DNA of 32,000 nt from an uncultured Candidatus Saccharibacteria bacterium (GCA_964543385.1 CAZIYE010000001.1:630001-662000); one strand, 5' to 3'. Counted from the first letter of the stretch, positions 10,957 through 19,538 are shown. Numbers and translations are program-made. Notes: generated by a model from the sequence alone, not told the origin.

Positions 10957-11160
10957 ATGGACGACAAAGAATTCAACAAAGCCTTCGATGAAGCTACAAA
11001 GAAGAAAATGCTTGAGGAGCCAGACATCTGGTGGAAACCACGAAGACACAGATGGGATGAATGGGGCTCGCCGGTAGGATTGTCTCTCGGTTGGACACTA
11101 TTTATAGTTCCACTTGGCGTTTTCCTTTGGCTACTTCATCTTGCTGGACTCATAGGCTAG
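10957..11160 (+). CDS. Small membrane protein (single TM)
   Basis: SD GGAG just upstream; WGSPVGLSLGWTLFIVPLGVFLWLLHLAGLIG. Confidence 0.6.
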   Translation: MDDKEFNKAFDEATKKKMLEEPDIWWKPRRHRWDEWGSPVGLSLGWTLFIVPLGVFLWLLHLAGLIG

Positions 11161-11166
11161 AAACAT

Positions 11167-11198
11167 AAAATCGTCCCGATATATATCGGGACGATTTT
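11167..11198. terminator. Bidirectional rho-independent terminator-like hairpin
   Basis: Perfect 32-bp palindrome AAAATCGTCCCGATATATATCGGGACGATTTT just after the 11160 stop. Confidence 0.85.
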
Positions 11199-11334
11199 AT
11201 TAGGTAGTGCTCCAGAATTATCAGTTTGACTTTTTTCTTATTATCTGTTATTATCAAATAGAATAATTTTGGGAAAATAGTCGATTTTCTCGGATAGATT
11301 TAATTTGATAACAACATAAACAATCATAAACACT

Positions 11335-11532
11335 ATGACAGGTACAATCAAAAAATTGACAGACAAGGGCTTTGGCTTTATTACTTCTCCAGAGTTGGGA
11401 AAAGATTTATTTTTTCACAAAAACTCTTGTGTAGATAATTTTGACACTTTCGCCGAAGGAAACGAAGTTTCTTTTGAGTCGGAAGATTCTCCAAAAGGAC
11501 TAAACGCAGTCAATGTTACATTGGTTAAATAA
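11335..11532 (+). CDS. Cold-shock domain protein (CspA family)
   Basis: MTGTIKKLTDKGFGFITSPELGKDLFFHKNSC ... LNAVNVTLV. Confidence 0.93.
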   Translation: MTGTIKKLTDKGFGFITSPELGKDLFFHKNSCVDNFDTFAEGNEVSFESEDSPKGLNAVNVTLVK

Positions 11533-11550
11533 CCGATATCCATTGTCCAA

Positions 11551-11584
11551 AAAAAACTCCTAGCATAAAAACTAGGAGTTTTTT
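11551..11584. terminator. Rho-independent terminator
   Basis: AAAAAACTCCTAG-cataaaaa-CTAGGAGTTTTTT, 19 bp after the csp stop. Confidence 0.88.
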
Positions 11585-11676
11585 GTATTGGATAAGTAAT
11601 ATTAATTGGCTCTACACAACGGCCGAAGTTCGAGTTATAATTAGTTGAATGCAATGAGATAGACAAAATAGAAACT

Positions 11677-12666
11677 ATGAATAAAAAAAATTTTAGCAAG
11701 GGAGTAGAAGGACTTGTCGATCCAATAACTGTTGGGTCGCTTCATTTTATCCAACCGTTTAATCAGTTGTTGCCAAAGAAAATTCAGAAAAAAGTTGTTC
11801 AATCATCATCAAAAAAGACCTCCTATATGGGATTTGTAGTCGAACCATATAGCTTTTTTCTGTTTTACGAAATTTCTGATTTAGAAAAAGCCACAAATTT
11901 ATTGCCTGATGGTTTCAAAATGATAAAAACAAAAGTATTTGAGGAAGATGAGCCTAAATATTATTGCGTTTTTGGCTGTTTTCGGGCTCATACCAGTGCA
12001 TTTTGGGGTGTGAGAGCAGAATTTTACATTATTGCAGAAGATAAGCAAACTGGATTACTGAGCTGGATAATAGTTGACTATGATACTAATACTATTAGTT
12101 ATGACAGCGGGAATGGATTGCGCTCGCCCAATAGCAGCCGTGCCGTTGTAACAATTAATCATCGCGGAATGCTTTTTGTTGATATTAAAAGAGACGACGA
12201 TAACAGAGAGCTGGTTTGCGACGCAAATATCGAAAAAGGTGAGATGACGAAGCTTGACCAAAGGTTGTGGCTGGAGGGAAATCTCTCGATTGGATATGGT
12301 CGTGTTTTGTCAGAAAATGATGCCGATATTTTTTCTCTTAAGTTTGAGCCACTTGAGGTTGAGAAAGCGTTGAAAATCCCAACTGATAGTTTGGAGATCG
12401 AATCGAATACTTGGTATCCTGGATTATTTAAATCATTACCCTCGCAGATAGTTTGCTTTCCTTATGCACAGCATTTCGTTTCTGATAGTCCGGGGCATTC
12501 CAGTAATCTTAAAAACAGAGACGAACTAATCGCAGCTGAGGAGAATATAGATTTCTCTAAGTTAGAAGTTTTCTCTACCAAGTCATTCAAGGTAATGTTT
12601 ATAGTCGGATCGATAGTATCTTTTCTTGTCACCATGACTTTTTTCCTTCTCTGGTTGCTCAAATAA
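11677..12666 (+). CDS. Hypothetical protein with C-terminal TM anchor; weak acetoacetate-decarboxylase-superfamily-like pattern
   Basis: 329 aa; LPDGFKMIKTKVFEEDEPKYYCVFGCFRAHTSAFWGVRAEFYIIAEDKQTGLLSWIIVDYDTNTISYD; C-terminal MFIVGSIVSFLVTMTFFLLWLLK. Confidence 0.6.
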   Translation: MNKKNFSKGVEGLVDPITVGSLHFIQPFNQLLPKKIQKKVVQSSSKKTSYMGFVVEPYSFFLFYEISDLEKATNLLPDGFKMIKTKVFEEDEPKYYCVFGCFRAHTSAFWGVRAEFYIIAEDKQTGLLSWIIVDYDTNTISYDSGNGLRSPNSSRAVVTINHRGMLFVDIKRDDDNRELVCDANIEKGEMTKLDQRLWLEGNLSIGYGRVLSENDADIFSLKFEPLEVEKALKIPTDSLEIESNTWYPGLFKSLPSQIVCFPYAQHFVSDSPGHSSNLKNRDELIAAEENIDFSKLEVFSTKSFKVMFIVGSIVSFLVTMTFFLLWLLK

Positions 12667-12895
12667 TTTGGCCAGTGTTTGGACCAAAAAAGGCCATCTG
12701 GGGATCAGTATTTTTATGTCTCTACACCGTGTTAGAAGTTGGAACTAGTTCTCAGCTGGCAATCGAATGAATATCAACTAAAAGGCTTAAAAGTGAGAAT
12801 AATAGTATTAAATATCAGCAAAATCTCAGTCTGTTTTTTTTGCATATTCGTGTTAGCATGTTGTTATGATATTAGGAAATTAAAAGGAGTCGAAA

Positions 12896-13819
12896 ATGGA
12901 ATTGACAAGTTCAACTATTGAACCAAAAAAGAACTCAGGTCTCATCAAAATGATCATTCTTATCGCAGCCGGAGTTTTGGTCTTGGGGAGTGTTTCATCC
13001 GTCGGTGCAGCGTATTATCAGTCTAATAAATTGATAAAAGAAGGGGATTCATTTAAAAATAATGGTGAATATTCTGCGGCCGCATCCAAATATGATCAAG
13101 CCATCAAAAAATGGAAAATGAATGAGTCTAAGGTCTCCACAAAAGTTGATGAGACAAAAACATTAATAAGCGAACAGGAAAAATATGACTTGGGTGAGAT
13201 TGCATACCAAAGACAAGATTGGCAAAATTGTAGCGATGAACTAAAGAAAGTATCCCCAGTTCACAAGAATTATAGTTCAGCTCTTTCTCACTCGCAAATC
13301 TGTCAGCAAAAGATGCAAGAAGAAGTCGATTTAGCTGCTAAAACCAAAGCAGATTTGGATGCTAAAACTGCCACCGACGCACAAATTGCTGCTGATGCTA
13401 AAGCCAAAGCTGATACTGCAGCCGCTAAAAAAGTCGCTGAAGCGAAAGCCAAGGCTGCTGAAGACGCCATAATTCCAACTCCGATCGATATTGTCATCAC
13501 GGCGCTCGACAGTGACAATAATAATAAGGTTATGGGCATTTACGAAGCACCAGCTGGTACCCCTGGTGCTGTCTATAATGGATATTACGAATTTGGTATC
13601 CCATTAAATAAATTTAAACTTACATACCCTTCTGTTTCTGGAGCGGTATCAGCCAGAGGTATTTTAGAAGAAGGTGCATCCACAATCACTGATTTGGGTG
13701 ATCTAAATTTGCAATTTAACGATGCTAAAATCGGTCTTAATGTTATCAGAGTTGAGGTTTTAAATTCAAAAGGCCAAATTATTGCTACTGGTAAAACAAG
13801 AATTGTTCGATATCCATAA
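12896..13819 (+). CDS. N-terminally membrane-anchored TPR/coiled-coil protein with Ala/Lys-rich linker and C-terminal beta domain
   Basis: SD AAAAGGAG; TM MIILIAAGVLVLGSVSSVGAAYY; TPR-like EGDSFKNNGEYSAAASKYDQAIKKW; (A/K)-rich repeat 13330-13450. Confidence 0.7.
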   Translation: MELTSSTIEPKKNSGLIKMIILIAAGVLVLGSVSSVGAAYYQSNKLIKEGDSFKNNGEYSAAASKYDQAIKKWKMNESKVSTKVDETKTLISEQEKYDLGEIAYQRQDWQNCSDELKKVSPVHKNYSSALSHSQICQQKMQEEVDLAAKTKADLDAKTATDAQIAADAKAKADTAAAKKVAEAKAKAAEDAIIPTPIDIVITALDSDNNNKVMGIYEAPAGTPGAVYNGYYEFGIPLNKFKLTYPSVSGAVSARGILEEGASTITDLGDLNLQFNDAKIGLNVIRVEVLNSKGQIIATGKTRIVRYP

Positions 13820-13973
13820 GCGACTCATTGACGAATCACTTATCGGTATAATTGCTTTTTGTAATCTTATACCTGAAATTTTGATATAGCATTTTAAAAT
13901 ATTTCGCATACAGTTAGTTGCAGAAAACCCTAATTAATATATGTTCAAGTCCGTTGATCCATACAAAAAATAA

Positions 13974-13998
13974 AATAACTAGTCCTAGACTAGTTATT
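13974..13998. terminator. Bidirectional terminator-like hairpin, repeat-family copy 1
   Basis: AATAACTAGTC-cta-GACTAGTTATT perfect 11-bp stem with flanking A/T tracts. Confidence 0.75.
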
Positions 13999-14096
13999 TC
14001 TATGGATCTGTGTAGTTGCAGAAGTTCGAGCTATTTCTTGAGTATCGCAACTTTACCATATCTCAAATTGTGAGTTCCTGACAGGACCACTTCCAA

Positions 14097-14975
14097 TCAC
14101 ACATGAGGTGTTTCTTTTATCTCTGAATAAGACAATGTCTCTGGCCAAATCATATTTCCGTCCAAATCATAGACAGGTAGGCATTTTTCTGGACTTACTG
14201 TCGCTAAATGTTTCATGGTGTCAATTACTTCATTAACAGTTAAATCACTGCGAACATCTACGACAATACCCTTAAATTTCCCTTGACTAATCCTGAACGG
14301 AGTCGAAAAACCCGTTCCTTGATCTGTTTGATGATTGGAGTTGCTTTGCGGATCGAATCCGTTTTTGAGCTTCTGAAAATAATATGATGATTTCCCTCTG
14401 TCTGACTCTGAAGAAAAAGTGTTCATTACTTTAAAATCTGGCCTGCCAACTTCTTTAATACCGCTTAATGTTCCTGGCGGCAACTCCCTGTGTTTGCTTA
14501 TATCCAAAATTAGAGTGGCAGTATAATTTGCCATGTGTGTCTGTTTTATTTGCAAAGGCCCTTTTATGCCAGATATTCTTCCAACAATATTAAACCAAAC
14601 TCGGTTTCCGGGGATATCCCATTCTCTGGCACTTTTAGCCCAACCTGTAGCAAGGGCTTCTCTTCTTAATTCAAACGATGGATTGTTCTTCATTCTTTCT
14701 GGGGTACCCTTATTGCCCAATAGACCCATGTTTAAAATTTCCTGAAGCCTATCTCTTTCGACACCGTTACGAATTGAAGTAAAAGCAGTCCCGTACTCAT
14801 CTATATCGCATAGTTTTGACATAATCAAATCTTTGACTTCAGGACTCAGATTCAATTCTGGATTGACGGCATTATCCTCTTGGTTAGACTCGGTAGATAG
14901 TTTTGAAGCCTCCATGCGTTGCATTTCAGCCAAGGCTTCTGGCGGCAAATAACTTAATTCTTCATCCATTTGCAT
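14097..14975 (-). CDS. Hypothetical protein
   Basis: 292 aa single ORF on the minus strand; contains YGTAFTSIRNGVERDRLQEILNMGLLG. Confidence 0.55.
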   Translation of the reverse strand: MQMDEELSYLPPEALAEMQRMEASKLSTESNQEDNAVNPELNLSPEVKDLIMSKLCDIDEYGTAFTSIRNGVERDRLQEILNMGLLGNKGTPERMKNNPSFELRREALATGWAKSAREWDIPGNRVWFNIVGRISGIKGPLQIKQTHMANYTATLILDISKHRELPPGTLSGIKEVGRPDFKVMNTFSSESDRGKSSYYFQKLKNGFDPQSNSNHQTDQGTGFSTPFRISQGKFKGIVVDVRSDLTVNEVIDTMKHLATVSPEKCLPVYDLDGNMIWPETLSYSEIKETPHV

Positions 14976-15075
14976 ACCTAATTTATTTACAAATTTGTAT
15001 TATCTTATTCAAAGAATTCTGGCCAAATATTACCACAATTACACAGTCAGTTCGAGTCCAAAGTGGAGGAAACAA

Positions 15076-15104
15076 AAAATAACTAGTCCTAGACTAGTTA
15101 TTTT
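15076..15104. terminator. Bidirectional terminator-like hairpin, repeat-family copy 2
   Basis: AAAATAACTAGTC-cta-GACTAGTTATTTT, 13-bp perfect stem. Confidence 0.8.
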
Positions 15105-15134
15105 CATGGCTCTGCACAGTGAACGAAGTTCGAG

Positions 15135-15545
15135 CTATTGTAGCTTGATTTTTCTATCCAATACCATTTCAAAGAAAGTTTTGGTGGCTGTTTTCAATGG
15201 GAGATCCATTATTTCTTTTAGTGAGAACCAACCGAATGATGATGCTTCGTTCTTATCTAAAACAACTTTTTCATCTTTAATTAACTCTGCTTGCCAAAAT
15301 GAGAGACTTTTTACTTTATAGTCTGCAGGAAGGGTGATTAGTTTGTTCAAAGATTTTACTCTTAGTCGTGTCTCTTCAAAGACTTCTCTTTCAACTGATT
15401 CTGTTTCATCTTTGTCTAGTGAATTTATCCTTCCGTGGGGAGGAGACCACAATCCAGTCGATGGCTTTCGATTATCCTCTAAAAGCAATATTTTGTTGTC
15501 AGGGTTCTTGATGATTACTACAACTCCATGTTCTGTTGAATCCAT
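15135..15545 (-). CDS. Nudix hydrolase
   Basis: Nudix box GRINSLDKDETESVEREVFEETRLRV. Confidence 0.88.
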   Translation of the reverse strand: MDSTEHGVVVIIKNPDNKILLLEDNRKPSTGLWSPPHGRINSLDKDETESVEREVFEETRLRVKSLNKLITLPADYKVKSLSFWQAELIKDEKVVLDKNEASSFGWFSLKEIMDLPLKTATKTFFEMVLDRKIKLQ

Positions 15546-15616
15546 TATCTCCTTTACATTAATAAATTAATCTTATCAATTTAGGGCGACCAGTTCGAGT
15601 CCAGTCTGATTTATAC

Positions 15617-15648
15617 AAAAAATAACTAGTCTAGGACTAATTATTTTT
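15617..15648. terminator. Terminator of tRNA-Asn (minus strand), repeat-family copy 3
   Basis: AAAATAACTAGTC-tag-GACTAATTATTTTT near-perfect stem, 2 nt beyond the CCA end of the tRNA. Confidence 0.8.
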
Positions 15649-15650
15649 AT

Positions 15651-15725
15651 TGGCTCCCTGAGCTGGACTCGAACCAGCAACATCTTCGTTAACAGCGAAG
15701 CGCTCTGCCATTGAGCTATCAGGGA
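15651..15725 (-). tRNA. tRNA-Asn(GTT), CCA encoded
   Basis: Minus strand TCCCTGA-TA-GCTC-AATGGCA-GAGC-G-CTTCG-CTGTTAA-CGAAG-ATGTT-GCTGG-TTCGAGT-CCAGC-TCAGGGA-G-CCA. All four stems pair; 75 nt; anticodon GTT. Confidence 0.97.
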
Positions 15726-15733
15726 ATAAATTG

Positions 15734-15982
15734 TTATTTTTCAAACAATGTTTTGATAAAATTTCTGCCAGCGTGGGATTTTAAATATTTTTCTCTTCCC
15801 AACGCTTCTTTTCTATTATCAAATCTTTCAGTATAAAAAATTTTCCATGGCTTGTATTTTCTGCTGAAATGATTCGATCCAGAATTGTGTTCAAGTAATC
15901 TTTTTTCAAGGTTATCAGTTACTCCAGTATAAGTCTTTGGCGATTTTTCACTGATTAGAATATAGATATAACTATCTGCCAT
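15734..15982 (-). CDS. GIY-YIG nuclease superfamily protein (YhbQ-like)
   Basis: YIYILISEKSPKTYTGVTDNLEKRLLEHNSG ... FYTERFDNRKEALGREKYLKS. Confidence 0.88.
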   Translation of the reverse strand: MADSYIYILISEKSPKTYTGVTDNLEKRLLEHNSGSNHFSRKYKPWKIFYTERFDNRKEALGREKYLKSHAGRNFIKTLFEK

Positions 15983-16327
15983 TGCCCGTCCTTGCTGATT
16001 AATCAGCCAAGGCCGAGGTCTCGGCTCGCTTCGCGAGTCGGAAGCTATCAGGGAAAATGTATTTTTCTAATAGCAATTCTAGCAAAAAAAATGACTTCTG
16101 TAAATAAACCTATCTACTAGGATGAATAAGCTAGGAGTATGGCAGATATAAACATGTCATACCAGTTGACTCTTTTGCGGTCAGAGAGATGGTTTGCCTC
16201 AAAAGCATTCATCTTACTCCTTTCTTCGGTAATGACTTTGGAGACCTATTTTACCTCTTGGTCAATAGATGTCAAGAAAAATATATAGATATTACATCTC
16301 TCTATTGACATACAATCCATCTAGGAT

Positions 16328-16353
16328 TATAGTTCAAATGTTATTGAACTATA
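16328..16353. promoter_or_regulatory. Probable operator of the ArsR-like repressor
   Basis: TATAGTTCAA-atgtta-TTGAACTATA perfect 10-6-10 inverted repeat, 18 bp upstream of the ArsR-like start codon. Confidence 0.7.
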
Positions 16354-16371
16354 AATATTATAGTAGATATT

Positions 16372-16644
16372 ATGAATAATAAAATAGAAGAATTATCTTT
16401 TTTGATAAACGAAAACAAGCTAAGAGTTATCTCGGCAATCTACAAATGTACTAAGGATGTCTGCGCTTGCAATTTAGTTGATAATCTTGGCATGCCTAAG
16501 AACCTTCTTTCGTATCACATAAAAACTTTGAGAGAAGCAGGATTTATAGAAGAGGTTAAATGTGGTCGTTTTAAAAATTATTGCATATCGAAAAATAAAA
16601 TTAATAGAATCAAACAAATCTTAGAATTAGTTGAAATGTTATAA
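16372..16644 (+). CDS. ArsR-family winged-helix metal(loid)/redox regulator
   Basis: KCTKDVCACNLVDNLGMPKNLLSYHIKTLREAGFIEEVKCGRFKNYCIS: HTH of ArsR type with VCACNL equivalent to the ELCVCDL metal motif. Confidence 0.88.
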   Translation: MNNKIEELSFLINENKLRVISAIYKCTKDVCACNLVDNLGMPKNLLSYHIKTLREAGFIEEVKCGRFKNYCISKNKINRIKQILELVEML

Positions 16645-16652
16645 GGAGGTCA

Positions 16653-17882
16653 ATGAAAAAAGATCAGACTTTTATGATTATTAAAGAAAGAGTAAATCAG
16701 GTCGGAAATATTTTAAATCTTAGTGATAAAGAGATCAATCTGCTTCTATCTCCCAAGAGGATTGCAAAGGGTAATCTAGTCGTTGAGGGTGAGAAAATCC
16801 CTGCTTGGCGGATTCTATATAATAATGCGCTTGGTCCTGGCAAAGGCGGAATTCGTTTCCATCCTGAGGCCAGTAAAGACGAAGTCGAATCGCTAGCCTT
16901 TTGGATGACTCTGAAGAATTCGCTTGTAGGATTACCATACGGTGGTGCTAAAGGTGGTGTAAGATTCAATCCAAAGGGTAAAAGTAAGGAATACTTAGAG
17001 AAGGTTAGCAGAGCTTATATCGATAAATTTTATCCTTTCTTGGGAGAAAATATTGATATTCCGGCCCCTGATGTTTATACAAATCCCCAGGTAATGGCTT
17101 GGATGCTCGATGAATATGAGAAAAAAGTTGGTCATCATGCGCCTGCCATGATTACGGGAAAGCCAATAGAACTTGGCGGACTTCAACTCCGAGCGGACTC
17201 TACGGCAAAAGGTGGCAAGATAATTTTAGAAGAAGTAATTCATCACGACGGGATTGGGAAGAATCCAACAATTGCTATACAGGGATTTGGAAATGCCGGT
17301 TATAATATTGCAAGGATGCTTGATAGTGATGAATTTAAAATCATTGCTGTAAGTGACAGCAAAGGTGGTATTTATGATAAAAATGGTTTAGACATCAAAC
17401 GGGTTTCTGAAATTAAAATAAAAACAGGTACAGTTACTAGCTATAAGGCGAAAAATATCTCAAACAATGATCTCTTGGAACTTCCTGTTGATATTCTAAT
17501 ATTAGCTGCTTTGGAAAATCAGATTACCAAGGAAAATGCTGGGAGAGTAAAAGCTAAATATATAATAGAGTTAGCAAACGGGCCAGTTGATTTCGAAGGA
17601 GATAAAATTCTGGACGAGAGAGGAATTATCGTTGTTCCGGACATATTGGCAAATGCCGGTGGCGTGATCGTTTCATATTTTGAGTGGGCTCAGAACAAAA
17701 CTGGCAATATCATGGACCATGACTATCTTAGTCAAAAACTATTTTTAACCCTCGAGAGTGCCTGGCATCAAGTTTATGAGCTTTATAAAGATAATGAAGG
17801 CATAGATCTAAGGACCGCGGCATACATTATCGCTATAAAAAGAGTCCTAGAGGCCGAAAGATCAAGAGGCAATTTAAAATAG
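16653..17882 (+). CDS. gdhA: Glu/Leu/Phe/Val dehydrogenase (glutamate dehydrogenase)
   Basis: GPGKGGIRFHPEASKDEVESLAFWMTLKNSLVGLPYGGAKGGV; DVYTNPQVMAWMLDEY; IQGFGNAGYNIARM; SD AAGGAGG. Confidence 0.95.
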   Translation: MKKDQTFMIIKERVNQVGNILNLSDKEINLLLSPKRIAKGNLVVEGEKIPAWRILYNNALGPGKGGIRFHPEASKDEVESLAFWMTLKNSLVGLPYGGAKGGVRFNPKGKSKEYLEKVSRAYIDKFYPFLGENIDIPAPDVYTNPQVMAWMLDEYEKKVGHHAPAMITGKPIELGGLQLRADSTAKGGKIILEEVIHHDGIGKNPTIAIQGFGNAGYNIARMLDSDEFKIIAVSDSKGGIYDKNGLDIKRVSEIKIKTGTVTSYKAKNISNNDLLELPVDILILAALENQITKENAGRVKAKYIIELANGPVDFEGDKILDERGIIVVPDILANAGGVIVSYFEWAQNKTGNIMDHDYLSQKLFLTLESAWHQVYELYKDNEGIDLRTAAYIIAIKRVLEAERSRGNLK

Positions 17883-17954
17883 CTGGTAATTGCTAAAAGA
17901 GACAGCGAACTATATAATTGTTGTATAAACATTAGCTTATTGACTTGGAGGGAA

Positions 17955-18830
17955 ATGAAGCCTATTTGGGTTGTTCTAATCACAGTTCTCGCGACTGCTG
18001 TTTTGGTCGGTGGTGGCACTTATTATTTTCTTAATCAAAAATTGGAAAAAGATAAGACTTCTTTACAAAAACAGATAGATGATTTAAAAGAGGTGACTGT
18101 AACTGCAGATACAGCAGATGCTGCTATTGTTGATACTACTTCCGCTCCAGTTGTCGATGTGACAGCTGATTGGAAAAACTTTACAGATAATACTCATTCG
18201 TTGAGTTTTAAATATCCAGCCACATGGGGGATGAAGTCCAGCCAAGATGCTAAGAAAAATGAAGAAGAAATGGTCTATGTCGATCAAAGCATAACAGTAC
18301 TCAGTAATGGAAAAACTGAAGAAAATAGCAATATCGGTTTGACTTATACATATATTACCAATATATCTGACTATGATAAGAACATCGTAGCGCATAACAA
18401 AGACATCGATGAGCTGCTAAGTGTATATAACAATAAAGAAGTTGGTGCTAATACTGCAAAAGAGAATATTTGGTTGCCATCTTCAAATGCGGCTATCATC
18501 GCAACTTCTAGTCCAGAGTATATAGAATCAAAGGACGGTACTTTTCGTGGGATTGTCTATTTCGCCAATATCGGCCAAGGTTTTAGTACGGGTTTGGATT
18601 GTGTAATAGTGATGACAAATGGCAAAAAAATATTCCAATTGCATTCTAGCGGAGGATCTGTAAAATCAGATTATTATAAGGGGATATTCTCTGGCGATGC
18701 AGTAGTCTCTGAGAAGTTAATCCAAGAGTTTTTCACATATATTAAGACACTTACATCAAAGAATGTAGAGGAAACAGTAATAAAAGATTACAACGATATC
18801 TATAAAAATATTGCTCTAAGCTTAAAATAA
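17955..18830 (+). CDS. N-terminally anchored surface protein (TM + coiled coil + PsbP/Mog1-like beta domain)
   Basis: MKPIWVVLITVLATAVLVGGGTYYFLNQKLEKDKTSLQKQIDDLK ... DNTHSLSFKYPATWGM. ORF track uses TTG 17940; ATG 17955 has SD GGAGGG. Confidence 0.7.
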   Translation: MKPIWVVLITVLATAVLVGGGTYYFLNQKLEKDKTSLQKQIDDLKEVTVTADTADAAIVDTTSAPVVDVTADWKNFTDNTHSLSFKYPATWGMKSSQDAKKNEEEMVYVDQSITVLSNGKTEENSNIGLTYTYITNISDYDKNIVAHNKDIDELLSVYNNKEVGANTAKENIWLPSSNAAIIATSSPEYIESKDGTFRGIVYFANIGQGFSTGLDCVIVMTNGKKIFQLHSSGGSVKSDYYKGIFSGDAVVSEKLIQEFFTYIKTLTSKNVEETVIKDYNDIYKNIALSLK

Positions 18831-18854
18831 CAAAAGATAAAAAAAGGAAGTTAG

Positions 18855-19490
18855 ATGAAAACCTGGCTATTGGTGCTAATTACAGTCATAGTGACTGGTG
18901 GTGCCGTCGGAGGGGGAATTTACTATTATCTAGATCAGAATTCTGACAAAGATATCGCGGCTTTGCAAACACAGCTCGATGCGCTTAAAAAACCGGCTGC
19001 TACTACTGTTGTAGATTCAACTGCTGATTGGAAGACATATACGAGCACAAAATATGGTTTTTCTGCAAAATATCCCAAGGACTGGACTGTTGTTGACTCT
19101 GCAGACAATAATGTTTCTTTCAGGAGTGCCGACACAGCCGCAAAGTTCAAAGAAATCGCCGACAGTAATATAGCCGTTGGTGGTCCAACGAGCGATATGG
19201 TAGTCGCCTATTATCCTACTATCAAAGATGCCGATGTAAATGCAGTCAAATCCGCCAAGACTATCGCAGATCTCGCAAACGATAAGGGTGCAGCTAGATC
19301 AGGCGCCACAAAAATTACGTTTGCTGGCGGCGAAGCTTACGAAGATATTATGGCAGGAATGACCTCAGTTTATGAGATATTGGCAGGGAACAATAATCAT
19401 GTTTATAGTTTGACTTTTAACGTCGAAACAAAAGCCGAATTGACAGCAACACAGAAATTGATTATTTCTAACTTCACTTTCACTAAATAG
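18855..19490 (+). CDS. Tandem paralog of the previous gene (anchored surface protein)
   Basis: MKTWLLVLITVIVTGGAVGGGIYYYLDQNSDKDIAALQTQLDALKK ... TKYGFSAKYPKDWTVVD; same architecture as 17955-18830. Confidence 0.72.
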   Translation: MKTWLLVLITVIVTGGAVGGGIYYYLDQNSDKDIAALQTQLDALKKPAATTVVDSTADWKTYTSTKYGFSAKYPKDWTVVDSADNNVSFRSADTAAKFKEIADSNIAVGGPTSDMVVAYYPTIKDADVNAVKSAKTIADLANDKGAARSGATKITFAGGEAYEDIMAGMTSVYEILAGNNNHVYSLTFNVETKAELTATQKLIISNFTFTK

Positions 19491-19506
19491 CTGATCCAAA
19501 ATATAT

Positions 19507-19538
19507 AAAAAGCGCCCGAGCTTTGAAGGGCGCTTTTT
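19507..19538. terminator. Rho-independent terminator
   Basis: AAAAAGCGCCC-gagctttgaa-GGGCGCTTTTT. Confidence 0.9.

Noticed and set aside
13330-13450. Ala/Lys/Asp-rich repetitive coding stretch in the TPR protein as a DNA repeat element
   Set aside because: It is low-complexity coding sequence (TolA-like linker) in frame with the protein, not an independent repeat.
15734-15982. GIY-YIG protein as an intron homing endonuclease
   Set aside because: Short, standalone YhbQ-like domain; no interrupted host gene or intron structure visible. Only the flanking 13-bp repeat is kept as a finding.
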